Counted from the first letter of the whole stretch, positions 1 through 11,683 are shown. The stretch is 63,942 nt of DNA, filler included, from Craspedostauros australis (GCA_030167865.1; 11 parts of 11 records of this genome joined end to end with filler, not necessarily neighbours in it), one strand, 5' to 3'. Translations and numbers: made by a program. Notes: generated by a model from the letters alone, not told the origin.

Positions 1-13
1 AGTAATGAAATAG

Positions 14-1167
14 CAAACAGACGACTATCAACCAACACCATCTTCCACGATCGTAGGTTACCGTGCGCGGAACTTGCCAACAGAGACTCTTGTGGAGAGC
101 ATCCAGCTTCATACCAACAATCATATTCGAAACAGTCGATCCAATGCTGAACCAGTGACAGTATGTGAACTGTACATATTCCTTGCAATGTACTTCTACA
201 TGGGCTTCTTTGACGCCCCTGCAAAGAGAGACTACTGGAGAGCTGCTTCCATTTCCATTCCTTCTCACGAGCTCATGACATACATGACAAGAGCACGATA
301 CCAAGTCATTTGGAATCACATCCATCTCACTGCAATGGCTGAACACTTGGATGGCCAGTCAGATTCTTCAATTGACAGCAGCGATACATCTGCAGACGAT
401 ATGGATGATGATGTCTCTCCAACAGATCAGAGCCACGGCACCAGATCATCATCGCAGACGGCCACAACTTCTGGAATGTCAGCTGATGCGTCAACATCTT
501 CATCAACGCTATCCGACCTCTCTAACAATGTTGCCCCACATGGGTCCGAGAGCAGGGCAGCCTGCAAACCTGCACCACCACCACCTTCGATGTCCCCTGT
601 GATCATTTCCGATCGCTCATGGTATGCCAAGGTCCAACTTATGCTGGACCATACCAACCGGGTCTCTCAGAAGGTGTGCGCAAAGCCAGGGTTTGCCTGC
701 TCCATTGACGAGATGATGGTACGCTTCAAAGGCCGATCAAGCCAAACCCATCGCATGAAGCAACAGCCCATCAAAGAAGGATACAAGTTCTTCGCGCTGT
801 GCTGCTCTGCATCTGGGTTCATGTACCATATACTTCCTGCTGGAAGACTGGATAAGACAACGAAGATCAACAACACAGTGCAAGAGTTGATGGCTGTTCT
901 TGATCCAAATTTGGGGCATGTCGTGGCAATGGATAATCTTTTCACAACAAAGACTGTGATTGAGAACTCCAGGAGAATGGGGCTGGGAATCGTTGGCACT
1001 GCTCGGAATCGTCGTGGCTTCCCTCCNNNNNNNNTGAAAGATATTGAGGATGGACGCTTCAATTCGCTGTATCTGTGGACACAATCTGATGATCATGTCA
1101 TCACAAGATGGGTCGACAACAATGTTGTCTTGATGGTCAGCACCATCCACTACGGAAATGAGACAGT
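14..1167 (+). mobile_element. piggyBac-family (PGBD / DDE_Tnp_1_7) transposase fragment, cut by the contig end
   Basis: Motifs RDYW, MTRARYQVIWNHIHL, SIDEMMVRFKGR..MKQQPIKEGYKFFALC, MDNLFTT, VGTARNRRG, WVDNNVVLMVSTIH. In-frame TAG at 11-13 upstream. Confidence 0.88.
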
Positions 1168-1267
1168 NNNNNNNNNNNNNNNNNNNNNNNNNNNNNNNNN
1201 NNNNNNNNNNNTTAATTAATTAANNNNNNNNNNNNNNNNNNNNNNNNNNNNNNNNNNNNNNNNNNNN
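1168..1267. other. Artificial contig-joining spacer N44-TTAATTAATTAA-N44 (stops in all six frames). Identical spacers at 12310-12409, 13868-13967, 17272-17371, 38170-38269, 49467-49566, 50788-50887, 55209-55308, 57724-57823, 62464-62563
   Basis: Ten exactly 100-nt blocks with the same 12-mer in the centre. Confidence 0.98.
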
Positions 1268-1865
1268 GGCCGTCGCCCAGCTAGTGTGCACAGCCATACA
1301 ACGCATCACCACAGGGGGCCTCCCACCGTCCGGCATCAGAGACTCTCCCACCAGGGACATACAGCTGCACCAGAGCAAGGTGGGTTGGAATGCAATGGTT
1401 TGGGGAGGATGGGCCGTTCAGTGGAGATCACAGGCGCCGCCCATGGCGCCTCACCGCTGCAGACGGGCCCCGCGATTGCTCCATGACTGGCAGGCCAGCG
1501 TCACCAACACCCTGTGGCACGCAGTGCTGGCCCAGTGGCAGGATCGGAACGACACTAAGGCAGCCATGACGCAAGACGACATGACACCAGTATTGCTCCA
1601 GTACTTCCAAGCGTTGCAATCGCAGGCACCGTCCACCATACCAGCGGTGCTGCGCCCGCTCTGGGAACGCCCCCCCAGCACAGAGGCGGCCAGCCAGGTC
1701 ATCCCCTGGGTCCAGGCCTTGCGCCAGAGCCTCGGCGACTCCGCTCCGCCCATCGACAAGGTGCTGGTGAACTGGATGAGCAACACTAGCCGCAACGCCC
1801 GTACCCGACCACACGAAGGCACTCCCAACAACCAGCCGCTGCGGGAACCGCATTCTCAGCGATGA
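1268..1865 (+). mobile_element. C-terminal end of a non-LTR retrotransposon ORF (diatom Ambal/LINE-like), followed by a putative 3' UTR to about 2340
   Basis: Trp-rich QSKVGWNAMVWGGWAVQW ... LWHAVLAQWQDRN signature resembles the C-terminus of diatom APE-RT elements. GC-rich composition is similar to the element at 57910-61824. Starts at a contig edge. Confidence 0.6.
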
Positions 1866-1982
1866 TAGCCCACGACACACAGAAGCAACACATATGCATC
1901 CGTTCCCGCTGCGTGCTGACACGTAGAATAAACGAGGCGGAATCAAAGCGCCCCCGGCGCATGACCTAACAGTTAGAATCCG

Positions 1983-2304
1983 TGTGATATATAGATATAT
2001 ATGTGCGATGCTTCCGAGGAGCGGCACAACAATGCACATGGCGTTCGGTGGGAATGTTCTTGGCGCGCAGTTTTCTTGGTCGGATGCAAATCGTCGTGTC
2101 CTTTGCATGTCGCATGCGACAACTGCAACAAACACGCAGACGAGCCACAACACTTCAACTTGTCTCCACCAACAACCACATTCAACTTGCTCGTCATCTT
2201 CCTCGTCATCATCACATTTGGTCCATTGTCGATCACCATCAGGGAACCACCCAGCGCACGACGAGTACGCGTATCAAAGCAAGCACACACACATATATCC
2301 CACA
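1983..2304. mobile_element. Solo-LTR-like insertion (about 322 bp)
   Basis: TG...CA ends with an imperfect terminal inverted repeat (TGTGATATAT ... ATATATCCCACA). No target-site duplication visible. Confidence 0.45.
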
Positions 2305-2639
2305 GGAGGGGACTTCTCTCGGGTACACGATTTAACACACTCCCATTGTGACTGTCACGCTGCAGGGATGAAGGTGGGTTTGCGCAACCCGAGCGTCTTT
2401 TCAATGAGGGTCTGCCCTGTACGAGGACTTGGGGATGGATCTTGTTGAAGATGGAGCAGAGATCAACAAGCAAATGCGCTCACATTTTGCGCAGCGCGTG
2501 TAGTCGATGAACCGCCGTACTTGAATTGTCATCATCATCATTGTCATCATCTCATATACTCATCAATCTCCTTCACAACTTTCATATTCATCATCACAAT
2601 CATCAATGCACTTCGCCACCACAGACCACACCCGCCAAC

Positions 2640-3951
2640 ATGAAGGACAAAGTCTGCATCATCGGCAGCGGCAACTGGGGTTCCGCCATCGCCAAGATCG
2701 TCGGCATCAACTGCGCCAACCAACCCGATCGCTTCCACCACGATGTCAACATGTGGGTCTACGAAGAATACGTCACAGATCCCATCACGCAACGCCCAAA
2801 TTGCAAACTCACCGACGTCATCAATCAGCATCATCACAACATCAAATATCTGCCCGGCATCAAGTTGCCGCACAACGTGCGTGCCGTCGCCGATCTGGCT
2901 TCGGCATGTCACGATGCGACGTTGCTTATCTTCGTGCTGCCGCATCAATTTTTGCCCAAGCTGTTGCCCATCATCCGCAAATCGGCGCATCCCAAGTGTC
3001 GTGGTGTGAGTTTGATCAAGGGGCTTGGTGAGTTGTGTGGTATGTGGTGCGTTGTTCTCTTTTGGTCATTGTGAATTGTTGACCGGAAACAGGAAGCGAG
3101 AGCGATGGACGCCCCTCCTGTCAACCCATACGCGCTTCTCATAATTCGTTCCCTCTCACATCTCGTCTTCATCTAACCTACCCACCCACACGAGCGCAGA
3201 CTTCGACACCAACACCGGCGAACCAATCCTCATCTCCAAAACCATCGAGCGCACCATGGGCAACAATTTCTCATGCGGCGTCCTCATGGGCGCCAACGTC
3301 GCCAACGAAGTTGCCAAGGGACAAATGTGCGAATCCACCTTGGCGTCCAACTTTGGTCACCGCGATGAATCGACGCGACTCGCTTTCCATTGTCCCGCCA
3401 TGAATTTCCACGTCCACCACATCCATGACGTCGCCGGCGCCGAGGTCTGCGGTGCCCTCAAGAACGTCATTGCCTTGGGCGCCGGCTTCATCGATGGCTG
3501 TCCCGATCTGGGCGGCAACACGAAGGCGGCCTTGCTGCGCGTCGGTCTGCTCGAGATGGCCAAATTCTGTCACACCTTCTTTGCGCATGTGCACGATACC
3601 ACATTCCTACAATCCTGTGGCATGGCCGATCTCATCACGACGTGTTACGGTGGCCGCAATCGCAAGTGCGCCGAGCAATTCGCAAGGCGACGGCAGTCGC
3701 CGCAAGCCGATTGTCGGGCCTTGTGGCAGCAGATTGAAACAGAAGTGTTGCGCGGTCAGAAATTGCAGGGGACGTTGACTACCGAAGAAGCCTACACTAT
3801 TCTGAAACGACGCAATCTGTTGCACGAGTTTCCGCTGATTCGGACCATTTATGAAATCGCTTTTGAAGCAAAACCCATTGCGGATATTGCGAAAGGCATC
3901 GTTGTGAGGACAGGGAAGATTCAGAAGCAACAATTGATGTCCAAGTTATAG
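2640..3951 (+). CDS. GPD1: NAD-dependent glycerol-3-phosphate dehydrogenase; exons 2640-3027 and 3200-3951
   Basis: [12 protein letters not shown]ossmann motif, [66 protein letters not shown] intron 3028-3199 with CTAAC branch point restores the frame (KGL-DFD). Confidence 0.95.
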
Positions 3952-3975
3952 CGCTATGGACTCACGAGGTGACAC

Positions 3976-4518
3976 ATGTGGTTGCTGTACTCATCGTGTG
4001 ATGGAGTAAATGGGCGTTCCTGTCGCCGCGACTTGCTCTCGTCCTCTGCCTCGCGAAAGGTCTGCAGGAAGAACGTTGCCCCAGATCCAGATGCCGGCAA
4101 GGATGTCCAAGCTGATCGCAAAGAGACTACTCCTGGCTCTTTTCAAGTCGTTTCCGTGTACTACTTGAAGTTCGCAATGGGACGCAACAGGGGCATCGAG
4201 TACAGTTTTCATGCTGCGATCACCAAGCTGAAGCCCGACACTCAGAACCAGCACTACGAGGTACAAGCAACCTTCGGCCTCGCACATTGCACGTGCACGT
4301 CAACGCATGTAGTGGAGCAAGTGCATGACGACCCGGGGTCATGCCTGCTGACTAGCTCCTACGTCATCATGCCAAACAACTGTGTGGGAAAGCTGTTTCT
4401 CGGGCTGAACAAGAAGCGATTGTCGAAGGAATGTAGCAACCAGTTCCGAGGCGACGTCGCAGATCTGTGCACAGAAGCGGTCAGGCAGACAGCGATGGAA
4501 GAGAGCACATGCGAGTAG
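3976..4518 (+). pseudogene. 5'-truncated paralogue of the 5626-6342 gene (possible SRPBCC/START-like fold)
   Basis: TPGSFQVVSVYYLKFAMG..EYSFHAAITKLK..CTCTSTHVVEQ..IMPNNCVGK aligns with TPGAFQVGSKYYFKVHMG..EYSFCPTITKLK..CTCTSTHFVEQ..IMPNNFVGK. It lacks the paralogue's N-terminal IIMEHPADLIFSIVSDY segment and begins 25 nt after the GPD1 stop. Confidence 0.55.
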
Positions 4519-5625
4519 ATGAACGAGGATGTGTGCTCTCGCGAGTCCATGCTGCTGATCGCGATGTGATAACCGAGTATACGTGACACCAAGGGACAAA
4601 GCCAATGGCAGGACAAAACAACATACCACCACACTCTGTCTGTAGAGGTTCATGTATCAACGACTATTGCTGTTATGAACATTACTATCATGCAACCAGG
4701 ATAGAGCAGAGTACCATCTTGTGGGTCATCTCGGAGACTCACCATCTCTCTTTCCAGAGAAAGAGAGATAGAGCTAGATGGAGAGACAGAGAGAGCACTG
4801 ATAAACACGCACTATCCGATCTAGTCAAGATGACACGATCGTGAACGCTCCAGAGCCATCGTCGACTAATTGGACCGCATGGTTCTCCGTTGTCGCGTAC
4901 CATCGCTCCAGGACGTTCGCCGGAACAAATGTTGCTGTCGTGGCGTGATGCTCAAACGTGTCCACGCACGACAACGCTTCCCACAAAAAATGGTGTCACG
5001 ACACGATGGCGACGATGACGAAGCGTGTGTGAAACACGACAACACGTTTCCAAGGGCAAAAGCATCAACGAAGTTGGGGACATGTTTTGGAACAACGCCG
5101 AACCATCAGGCGACAATCTGCATCCACATCTGGAACTTCCGCCGATACATCTTTGTTGTCGTCTGCTTCGCTTCACCGCAAGAGAACGAAAGGTCTCTGA
5201 ACATCTCGGAAGTATCGCAGAAGATATCAGGAGGCTCTTTGTGAATGAAGCCAAACCGCAACCTCTGAGTCAGGATGCCAACGGTGACACCCATCACTCT
5301 TCATCCCTCATCACAATCTGCAAACCTTTGGCATGGTGACAGCTTCAATCAAGGATCCACCAACAGCCAAGCTGCGAGGACGAGTGCACAGAACAAAACA
5401 CGTACTCGAAGAAGTGCGCCGGCTGTAGCGTCGTGTCGACACGCAGGTGGCACTTTGGATACCCATCACACAAACAGTTCTCTGGGTGATAGTGGTGATG
5501 CTGTCACTGAACGAAAGTATTCGCACGCTACTACTCATAGTAGTACTTCGGCCGATGGACCAATTCCTTCACATGCCGTACCCATAAAGCAGCAGAAGAA
5601 ACAACATCACCAGTCACCCGAGACG

Positions 5626-6342
5626 ATGGACGAACCAACTCCCACCCAGTCGTCACGCCAACATGACGATGAGTTGATGCATCCTCGTACCGAATGCGAC
5701 CAAATGCCGGGCAGACCGACATACAGCATGGATCTAAGTCTGCACAAAACGAAGGGTTGTTTAACAATGGTGAACGTCATCATCATGGAACATCCCGCCG
5801 ATTTGATCTTCTCCATTGTCTCTGATTACGTCAATCACGACAAGACCTTTCGCACCACTCTTGAAGCGCGACTGCTTGCGCACTCCGCCTCATCATATCT
5901 TGGCGAGAGAGTTGTGGCAGATCGGAACAGCGGCGATAACACCGAGGCTAGCCGTAGCGAGAACACTCCCGGCGCTTTCCAAGTTGGTTCCAAGTACTAC
6001 TTCAAGGTCCACATGGGAGGGAAGAGAGAGTACAGCTTTTGTCCCACCATCACCAAGTTGAAGGTCGATTCGCAGAAGCAACGATACGAGCTCCGCAGCG
6101 CCTACTCCATCTCCCAATGCACATGCACATCGACGCACTTTGTCGAGCAACTTGCAGATGACCCGAAATCGTGCCGAATCACATGCTCATCCGCAATCAT
6201 GCCAAACAACTTTGTGGGAAAAGCGCTGCTGTGGTTCAACTGGAAACGATTGGAGCGCCAGTCCAGTGAGAAGTTCCGACTTGACATCATGGATCTATGC
6301 GCAGAAGCGACGAATCGAACTGCGATGAAAGATGGCGCATGA
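5626..6342 (+). CDS. Hypothetical protein, possible SRPBCC/polyketide-cyclase (START-like) domain; start uncertain (frame open from 5275)
   Basis: Pattern IIMEHPADLIFSIVSDY, then beta strands, then a C-terminal long helix fits the helix-grip fold. Conserved paralogue upstream. Confidence 0.6.
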   Translation: MDEPTPTQSSRQHDDELMHPRTECDQMPGRPTYSMDLSLHKTKGCLTMVNVIIMEHPADLIFSIVSDYVNHDKTFRTTLEARLLAHSASSYLGERVVADRNSGDNTEASRSENTPGAFQVGSKYYFKVHMGGKREYSFCPTITKLKVDSQKQRYELRSAYSISQCTCTSTHFVEQLADDPKSCRITCSSAIMPNNFVGKALLWFNWKRLERQSSEKFRLDIMDLCAEATNRTAMKDGA

Positions 6343-6964
6343 GACTAGATCGATGGGTGCGCACGACGGAGTGCCCAAATGTCGATGGTCGAGAGGCACA
6401 TGGAGTAGTCAATCCTGTACATCGTGGGGGCGTAGCCCATGATCGAATGTGTTATATTCTATTCTACAACAGTGTGTAGCGATATTCTTTTAAAATTCAA
6501 TATGGTGTGGTAAAATGTGAGAGGATTGATGCAGTGCTTCCTGTTGTGCATGTTCGTGTCATCATTTGGTTGGTTGCTTGACGAAATTCTGTTCGTGATT
6601 GGGGATACCTTTGTTCGTGATTGAGTGTTGGCAATTGTTTGATTTTGGCGCGAACGTAACGGTAAAATACCGGTTCGGGATCGCTCACGAAAAGGAATTG
6701 ATGGAGAAATGACTCAAGATGGAGAACAGCGAACACTGTGCGGAGGGAGGAAGAGAGGTTCTGGGGTGGAATGGATCCTGCGCTCTCCACAAATAGTAGT
6801 ACGGGTATGAGCAAGGTCCTACTCTTGGAGAACGCACAGAGCAGAGTCCTCCATCTCCATCGATTCAACGACGTTGCACTTCACCATCCAAGTGACATTC
6901 CCATTGCGCTTCTGCTCATCCTGTGAACTCTGTTGGTGCCAACAGCTTGCGCAAGGATTGAATC

Positions 6965-8737
6965 ATGGAACGCCAAAGCATCTTCGACGAGAGCATGGAG
7001 ATGCTGGCTGGGGCCTTTTTCATCTACATCTTCGCGGAAGTCAGGGCCATGGCTCGCGAAGGCAAGCTCGCCTCTGTCGATGACCTGAATCCGCCCCTCA
7101 CGATCGGCAAGACGCTGTCCATCATTCAAGCCAACAAGGAAGCCCTGATGGAGAGAGCCATCGACCATGAAGATCTCGCGGAGCGGTTGCGGTCGTTTCA
7201 GAAGCTCCAGATCAGCGACGACGACACTCCGAAGGCCAGCGATGATGAATGCAGCATCAATGCGAAATCCGCGGCCTCGTCAGCCCAATCGCCACCAGCC
7301 AACAACCTCGTCGATATGTTTTGCAGCGCTTTCGGAGCAACATCGCTGTTCGGCAACAAGAGCGATGGCAAAGCAACGACCAAGAGCATCGCCAACAGCG
7401 AAGAGGAGGACCGCAAACGCAACGAGGAGAGGGAACGCAAGATCATGCTGACGAGCTTCATGGATGAAAAGGCGGAAGAGGAGGTCGTGCACGCCATGGT
7501 CGTCAACAAGATCCGCAAGCGTGTCACGATCGTCTTTCGTGGCAGCGTCACGCAGAAGGATTTCCTGCAGGATGCCAAGTGCGCGCAGGTCAAGATTCCC
7601 AATCCTCTCAAGGCCGATGCAGATGAAGGCAAGAAGGATGCGACCAATAGCGGCGACGGTGATGGCGACGACGACGACGATCACATGCCGCCGACGATCA
7701 ATCTGCACACTGGCTTCTACGAGTACCTGTTTCACGAGTCGGAGACGCACGCAGGTCAAACACGTTTGGAGAGCATCCTGGAAGAGGCCAAGACCCATCT
7801 GAAGGAAAACCCAGGCTTCTCCCTCAACATCACCGGCCATTCCCTCGGCGGCGCGCTGTCCACGATCTGCGGATTCTTCGCGGCTGCTCGTGACGACGTC
7901 GTTGCCTTGGCCGCGCAAAACCGCGTCGTCATCGTCAGCATCGCCAGTCCTTTCTGCGGCAACTGGAAGTTCCGGTACGCCTTTGAAGAGTTGGAACGAT
8001 CGCAGCGATTGCAGCATCTTCGCATCGCCAATCTCGAGGATCTCGTGACGCTGATGCCCTTCGCCGTTCCGAAGGCGACCATCCTGAGTCCAGCGATCAC
8101 CATGTTCCGCGGTGCAGGCAATCTGTACAAGCACGTGGGTATTCGATTGCAGTTCAAGAATCCGCCGCCCGTGCCGGAACCCAAGCGAAAGAGCAAAGGC
8201 TGGATGATGAGGATGGGCAAGGACAAGGACAAGGACAAGGACAAGGAGAGTGAAGAGAAGGATGCTGCAGCCACTCCGGCTCCGACCCAAACCCATTCCC
8301 ACTCGATCTTCTACCCTAAGGAACAGAACTGCGAAGACGACCAGGAATTCGCCGAGGAGATCAACGACGCGCTGGCCGCCGGCAAGTCCGTGATCCAGGC
8401 GATCTTCAGCATCTGCAAGAACGACTTTGCCACCATCGAGAAGCATCACAGCTGCATTGAATACGAAACGCGCCTGCGATCCTGCCAAGCCGAGCTGTCC
8501 AAACTGACCTTGGATGATGTGTACGCCGACCCCAACGTGGTGGGTCGATTGATGGAGCGCACCGTCAAGCGCAAGGCCTTGCTCGGAGGTGGATGGTCAC
8601 GCACCAGGAAGGCGTTCTCGGTGCTTGGCAAAACAAACAAGACGAACGGCGATGAGCACAAGATGGATGAGATGGCGGAGAGTGACAACGTTGAAGAGCA
8701 GCTGACGCTGTCGGAGGCAGCGGCCATGTCGTCGTAG
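6965..8737 (+). CDS. Class 3 lipase (Lipase_3)
   Basis: VTIVFRGSVTQKDF, LHTGFYEYL, ITGHSLGGALS nucleophile elbow, ASPFCGN, RIANLEDLVT, YKHVG. Confidence 0.92.
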   Translation: MERQSIFDESMEMLAGAFFIYIFAEVRAMAREGKLASVDDLNPPLTIGKTLSIIQANKEALMERAIDHEDLAERLRSFQKLQISDDDTPKASDDECSINAKSAASSAQSPPANNLVDMFCSAFGATSLFGNKSDGKATTKSIANSEEEDRKRNEERERKIMLTSFMDEKAEEEVVHAMVVNKIRKRVTIVFRGSVTQKDFLQDAKCAQVKIPNPLKADADEGKKDATNSGDGDGDDDDDHMPPTINLHTGFYEYLFHESETHAGQTRLESILEEAKTHLKENPGFSLNITGHSLGGALSTICGFFAAARDDVVALAAQNRVVIVSIASPFCGNWKFRYAFEELERSQRLQHLRIANLEDLVTLMPFAVPKATILSPAITMFRGAGNLYKHVGIRLQFKNPPPVPEPKRKSKGWMMRMGKDKDKDKDKESEEKDAAATPAPTQTHSHSIFYPKEQNCEDDQEFAEEINDALAAGKSVIQAIFSICKNDFATIEKHHSCIEYETRLRSCQAELSKLTLDDVYADPNVVGRLMERTVKRKALLGGGWSRTRKAFSVLGKTNKTNGDEHKMDEMAESDNVEEQLTLSEAAAMSS

Positions 8738-8922
8738 TGCAGCGTGACGTATGTTTTAGAGGCATCCGTGCGTCTTTGTAAAATATGGTATGTGTATTTC
8801 CAAATGCCAAATATTATGTAGTAGATGCGATTGTGCTGGAACAGCGTGCACCAGCACAGTACAGTACAAGAGTACTGACTACCAATACTCTGCTATTCTC
8901 TACAGCAATAAGATCACTTTAT

Positions 8923-9696
8923 TTACATGCGAGCGGCTCCGAGCAAGCCTTCCAAACGAGCGAACGCAACCAACTGCTCCTGGAAGGAATGATTATTCAA
9001 TGCCGTCTCGCCTCTTTGTGAGCGCACATGATCCACAGCCTCGGACACTGCGACTCCGTTCGATTTCATGTAGAATGCCGTCACAATCAGCACCGACCGA
9101 TTCAAACCAGCCATGCAATGCACAACGCAGGATTCTTTGCGGGATATGCACAACTCCAAAGCCTTCGCAACAGCGGCCCAGTGGAGTTGCAGCATGGGAT
9201 ATCCTTCCTGGTCCAGCGCATCTATTCGATGGTAGGCAATGCCGCTCGCCTTGTACGCGTTGATCGTTTTGGATGGCAACGCAAAGCGCCCGGCCACGTT
9301 CCACACGTGACGGATGTTCAAGGCTTGCAGCCGATGGACGTCTCGCACACAAGCGCTGTTGCCCAAGAAGAGATATGGCTGGATGCGAACGGGAAGTCGA
9401 ACATCGGATGGATCGGGGTGCTTGGCCTCGTTGCCATTGTTTCCGCCGACGTCATTTGCGTCACCTATAGCCGCCAGTGGAGCAGCATATGTCGGTGCTT
9501 CGTTCTCACTCGATGCCTTCTTCGCCACACTTTGGACGTGAGGAATTCGAATCCTGTCGATCCACGGGGCATCTTGCGGTCGCGAAGCATACCTGTCATA
9601 TCCTGCAGCCTCCGACTTGCTGATGGAATCGCCACGCACTTCATCATCTTTTCCATCCCCTTCTGTGAGCGAGGATTGGCCGCAATAGTTCCCCAT
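8923..9696 (-). CDS. Dual-specificity protein phosphatase
   Basis: IQPYLFLGN, LNIRHVWNVA, DALD acid loop, VHCMAGLNRS catalytic CX5R, LNNHSFQEQL. Likely start MGNYCG at 9696. Confidence 0.9.
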   Translation of the reverse strand: MGNYCGQSSLTEGDGKDDEVRGDSISKSEAAGYDRYASRPQDAPWIDRIRIPHVQSVAKKASSENEAPTYAAPLAAIGDANDVGGNNGNEAKHPDPSDVRLPVRIQPYLFLGNSACVRDVHRLQALNIRHVWNVAGRFALPSKTINAYKASGIAYHRIDALDQEGYPMLQLHWAAVAKALELCISRKESCVVHCMAGLNRSVLIVTAFYMKSNGVAVSEAVDHVRSQRGETALNNHSFQEQLVAFARLEGLLGAARM

Positions 9697-10318
9697 GATG
9701 ATATCATACAGTACGTACGAGTCGCAACATGGCGCTCCTTTGCGCTTGCCTCTCTGCTTGTTCTCCACGAGTACTCTAGATCATGTCGGTCGTATGGCGA
9801 TGACGGAGAAAGTGGCGCTGCCGGTGCCGGTGTCCTCGCCGCGATCCATCTGGCTCGCATCAATTGGCATCGATTGCGATTTGTCGTTGCCATTTGCGGA
9901 TCTTCAGGAAAGGTATCTCTGCCCACAAGACAGAACAAGATGGGCGATCGACACCTTCGACCACTTCATGTCGACGAGTCTCCGGTCGCGTGATGCGAAA
10001 TAGTCACTCGTCGCTCTCCGAGTGTGGGGAGTATGTGTACGACTATGCATGCATCGAGATGCCAATACTCAAGCAGCGTAATATATTTGATTGGAGCAAG
10101 GCTAAAGGCAGTATCATGTTTGCATTCTATTCTATGAAAGATACATACTCAATCATCGATCCATTCCACCTTTCTTTGAAGGCCGCCAAGTAGAAGCACC
10201 GTCGCATTGACGAGTATGGTTAGTCCGCTGTCACTTCCGATAGTCTCGCTGATGCGCTTTGGTATACTCCAGGCGACGTTGTTTCGTTTCCTGCCACTCT
10301 CGACGGGTAGTGACATCT

Positions 10319-11683
10319 TCACGATCGACAAAGCCGATCCACTCTCTTGTCATCCCACGCCTGTTTCAACATCTCACTGCACTGCAGCAGAAGATGGAAA
10401 GTCTCGCTCATGGGATCCATTGTCCCCATTATGCCCATTGCTTCCATTGTACCCCGACGTTTGCTTGTTCTCATCAGCATCTCTCCAAACAGGGCCAGTG
10501 GCAGCGGCCATGTCGGAAGGGAACACAGCACTGCTCTAACCTTGTTGCGATGATTTCGCCGCAAGCCATGTTCAACAAGCGCATTGTACGCATGGGCATG
10601 TTCGTCAGGCGGGCATGGAAAAATGTCGAGATAGGTGAGTTGGGTAGTCTGCTCCAAGGCTTGCTGAAGTGCTTCCATTTGTGCCGAGAGGGTCTCAGGC
10701 GGGACCTCAAACATGCTGGGATTCCCAAACGCAGAGTATGTGAGAGATGACAAGCTCTTGTTTCCCAGGAGCGATATCAATGCGTCGAACCGCGTATCCT
10801 GCTCTTGTCGCGATAATTTGTTCCAAATACCGGAAACACTGAGCTTCTTCAGGTGTGATGCATCTGAAAGGAGTTGGATGATCTGGTCGATTCTTTGTTG
10901 TAAGTAGATTCGTCGGGCTCTGTGGACCCGGCCGAAATCGATGTTGAGCTTGTTGATGCGCTTGTTTGACTGGAATAGCTTTGCCAAGCTATCGCAAGTG
11001 ACACGGGTGCGTACAAAGGATACTTCGGTGAGGCTGCAATTGTTTGGGGACAGCCATCTCCACAAATCAGCGCCCCGATTGGCGAGCTTACAGGTTCCAA
11101 ACGTAACCCATTTCGAGTTTTGGGAGATGTTGAACATGAGCTTGTCACAATCAACAAGATCACATGAATAAAAATGCACACGATGTGTCACAAGAGGGAT
11201 ATCATGGAGCTGCTTCATCTCGACGAAGCAAGGAGACAAGCGGATGCCTTCGTCGAATGAAGACTTGGGTGGGTGTTTGGCAGCCAATCGAAGTACGAAG
11301 CGAATCGCTTGCTTGTCTTCTTCTCCGAATTGGTCATCTCTGCCGAATTCCAGATTCAGGGATCGAATACACATCCGCCCGCAGCCCTGGAGAAACGAAT
11401 CGCCCAGTAGAACACGAGGTGATAAAACAACGTGCTCGTGCCGCCGCTTCATCGATTCCAAGTCGGCAAAAGTGAATCCTGCTTCGATGGCCATGTCCCA
11501 GTGTTCCATCCGCTTGGGTGTGACACTGTAGCAGTCGATCTGCTGTCTTGGATGACTCTGTATATTGAACACGGTCATCGGCGACAGCTCTTTTCGATGG
11601 AGTTGTTTCCAGAAAGTCTTGAAGTCTGGATCATGATCGCTGTTGGTATTGATGTTGGCGACAGCATCCATGTTGTGGTTCAT
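10319..11683 (-). CDS. Hypothetical LRR (RNI-like) protein of a diatom-type family
   Basis: 454-aa ORF with LxxLxL repeats (SLTEVSF, RINKLNID, HLKKLSVS, SLSSLTYS, QLTYLDI) and a C-terminal N..R...PLALF..L...FHLL tail typical of diatom LRR families. Confidence 0.65.
   Translation of the reverse strand: MNHNMDAVANINTNSDHDPDFKTFWKQLHRKELSPMTVFNIQSHPRQQIDCYSVTPKRMEHWDMAIEAGFTFADLESMKRRHEHVVLSPRVLLGDSFLQGCGRMCIRSLNLEFGRDDQFGEEDKQAIRFVLRLAAKHPPKSSFDEGIRLSPCFVEMKQLHDIPLVTHRVHFYSCDLVDCDKLMFNISQNSKWVTFGTCKLANRGADLWRWLSPNNCSLTEVSFVRTRVTCDSLAKLFQSNKRINKLNIDFGRVHRARRIYLQQRIDQIIQLLSDASHLKKLSVSGIWNKLSRQEQDTRFDALISLLGNKSLSSLTYSAFGNPSMFEVPPETLSAQMEALQQALEQTTQLTYLDIFPCPPDEHAHAYNALVEHGLRRNHRNKVRAVLCSLPTWPLPLALFGEMLMRTSKRRGTMEAMGIMGTMDPMSETFHLLLQCSEMLKQAWDDKRVDRLCRS

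Noticed and set aside
7280..8488. Long antisense or overlapping ORFs (e.g. 7280-8488, 9028-9993, 52571-53533)
   Set aside because: Shadow frames of GC-rich coding sequence or motif-less intergenic ORFs.
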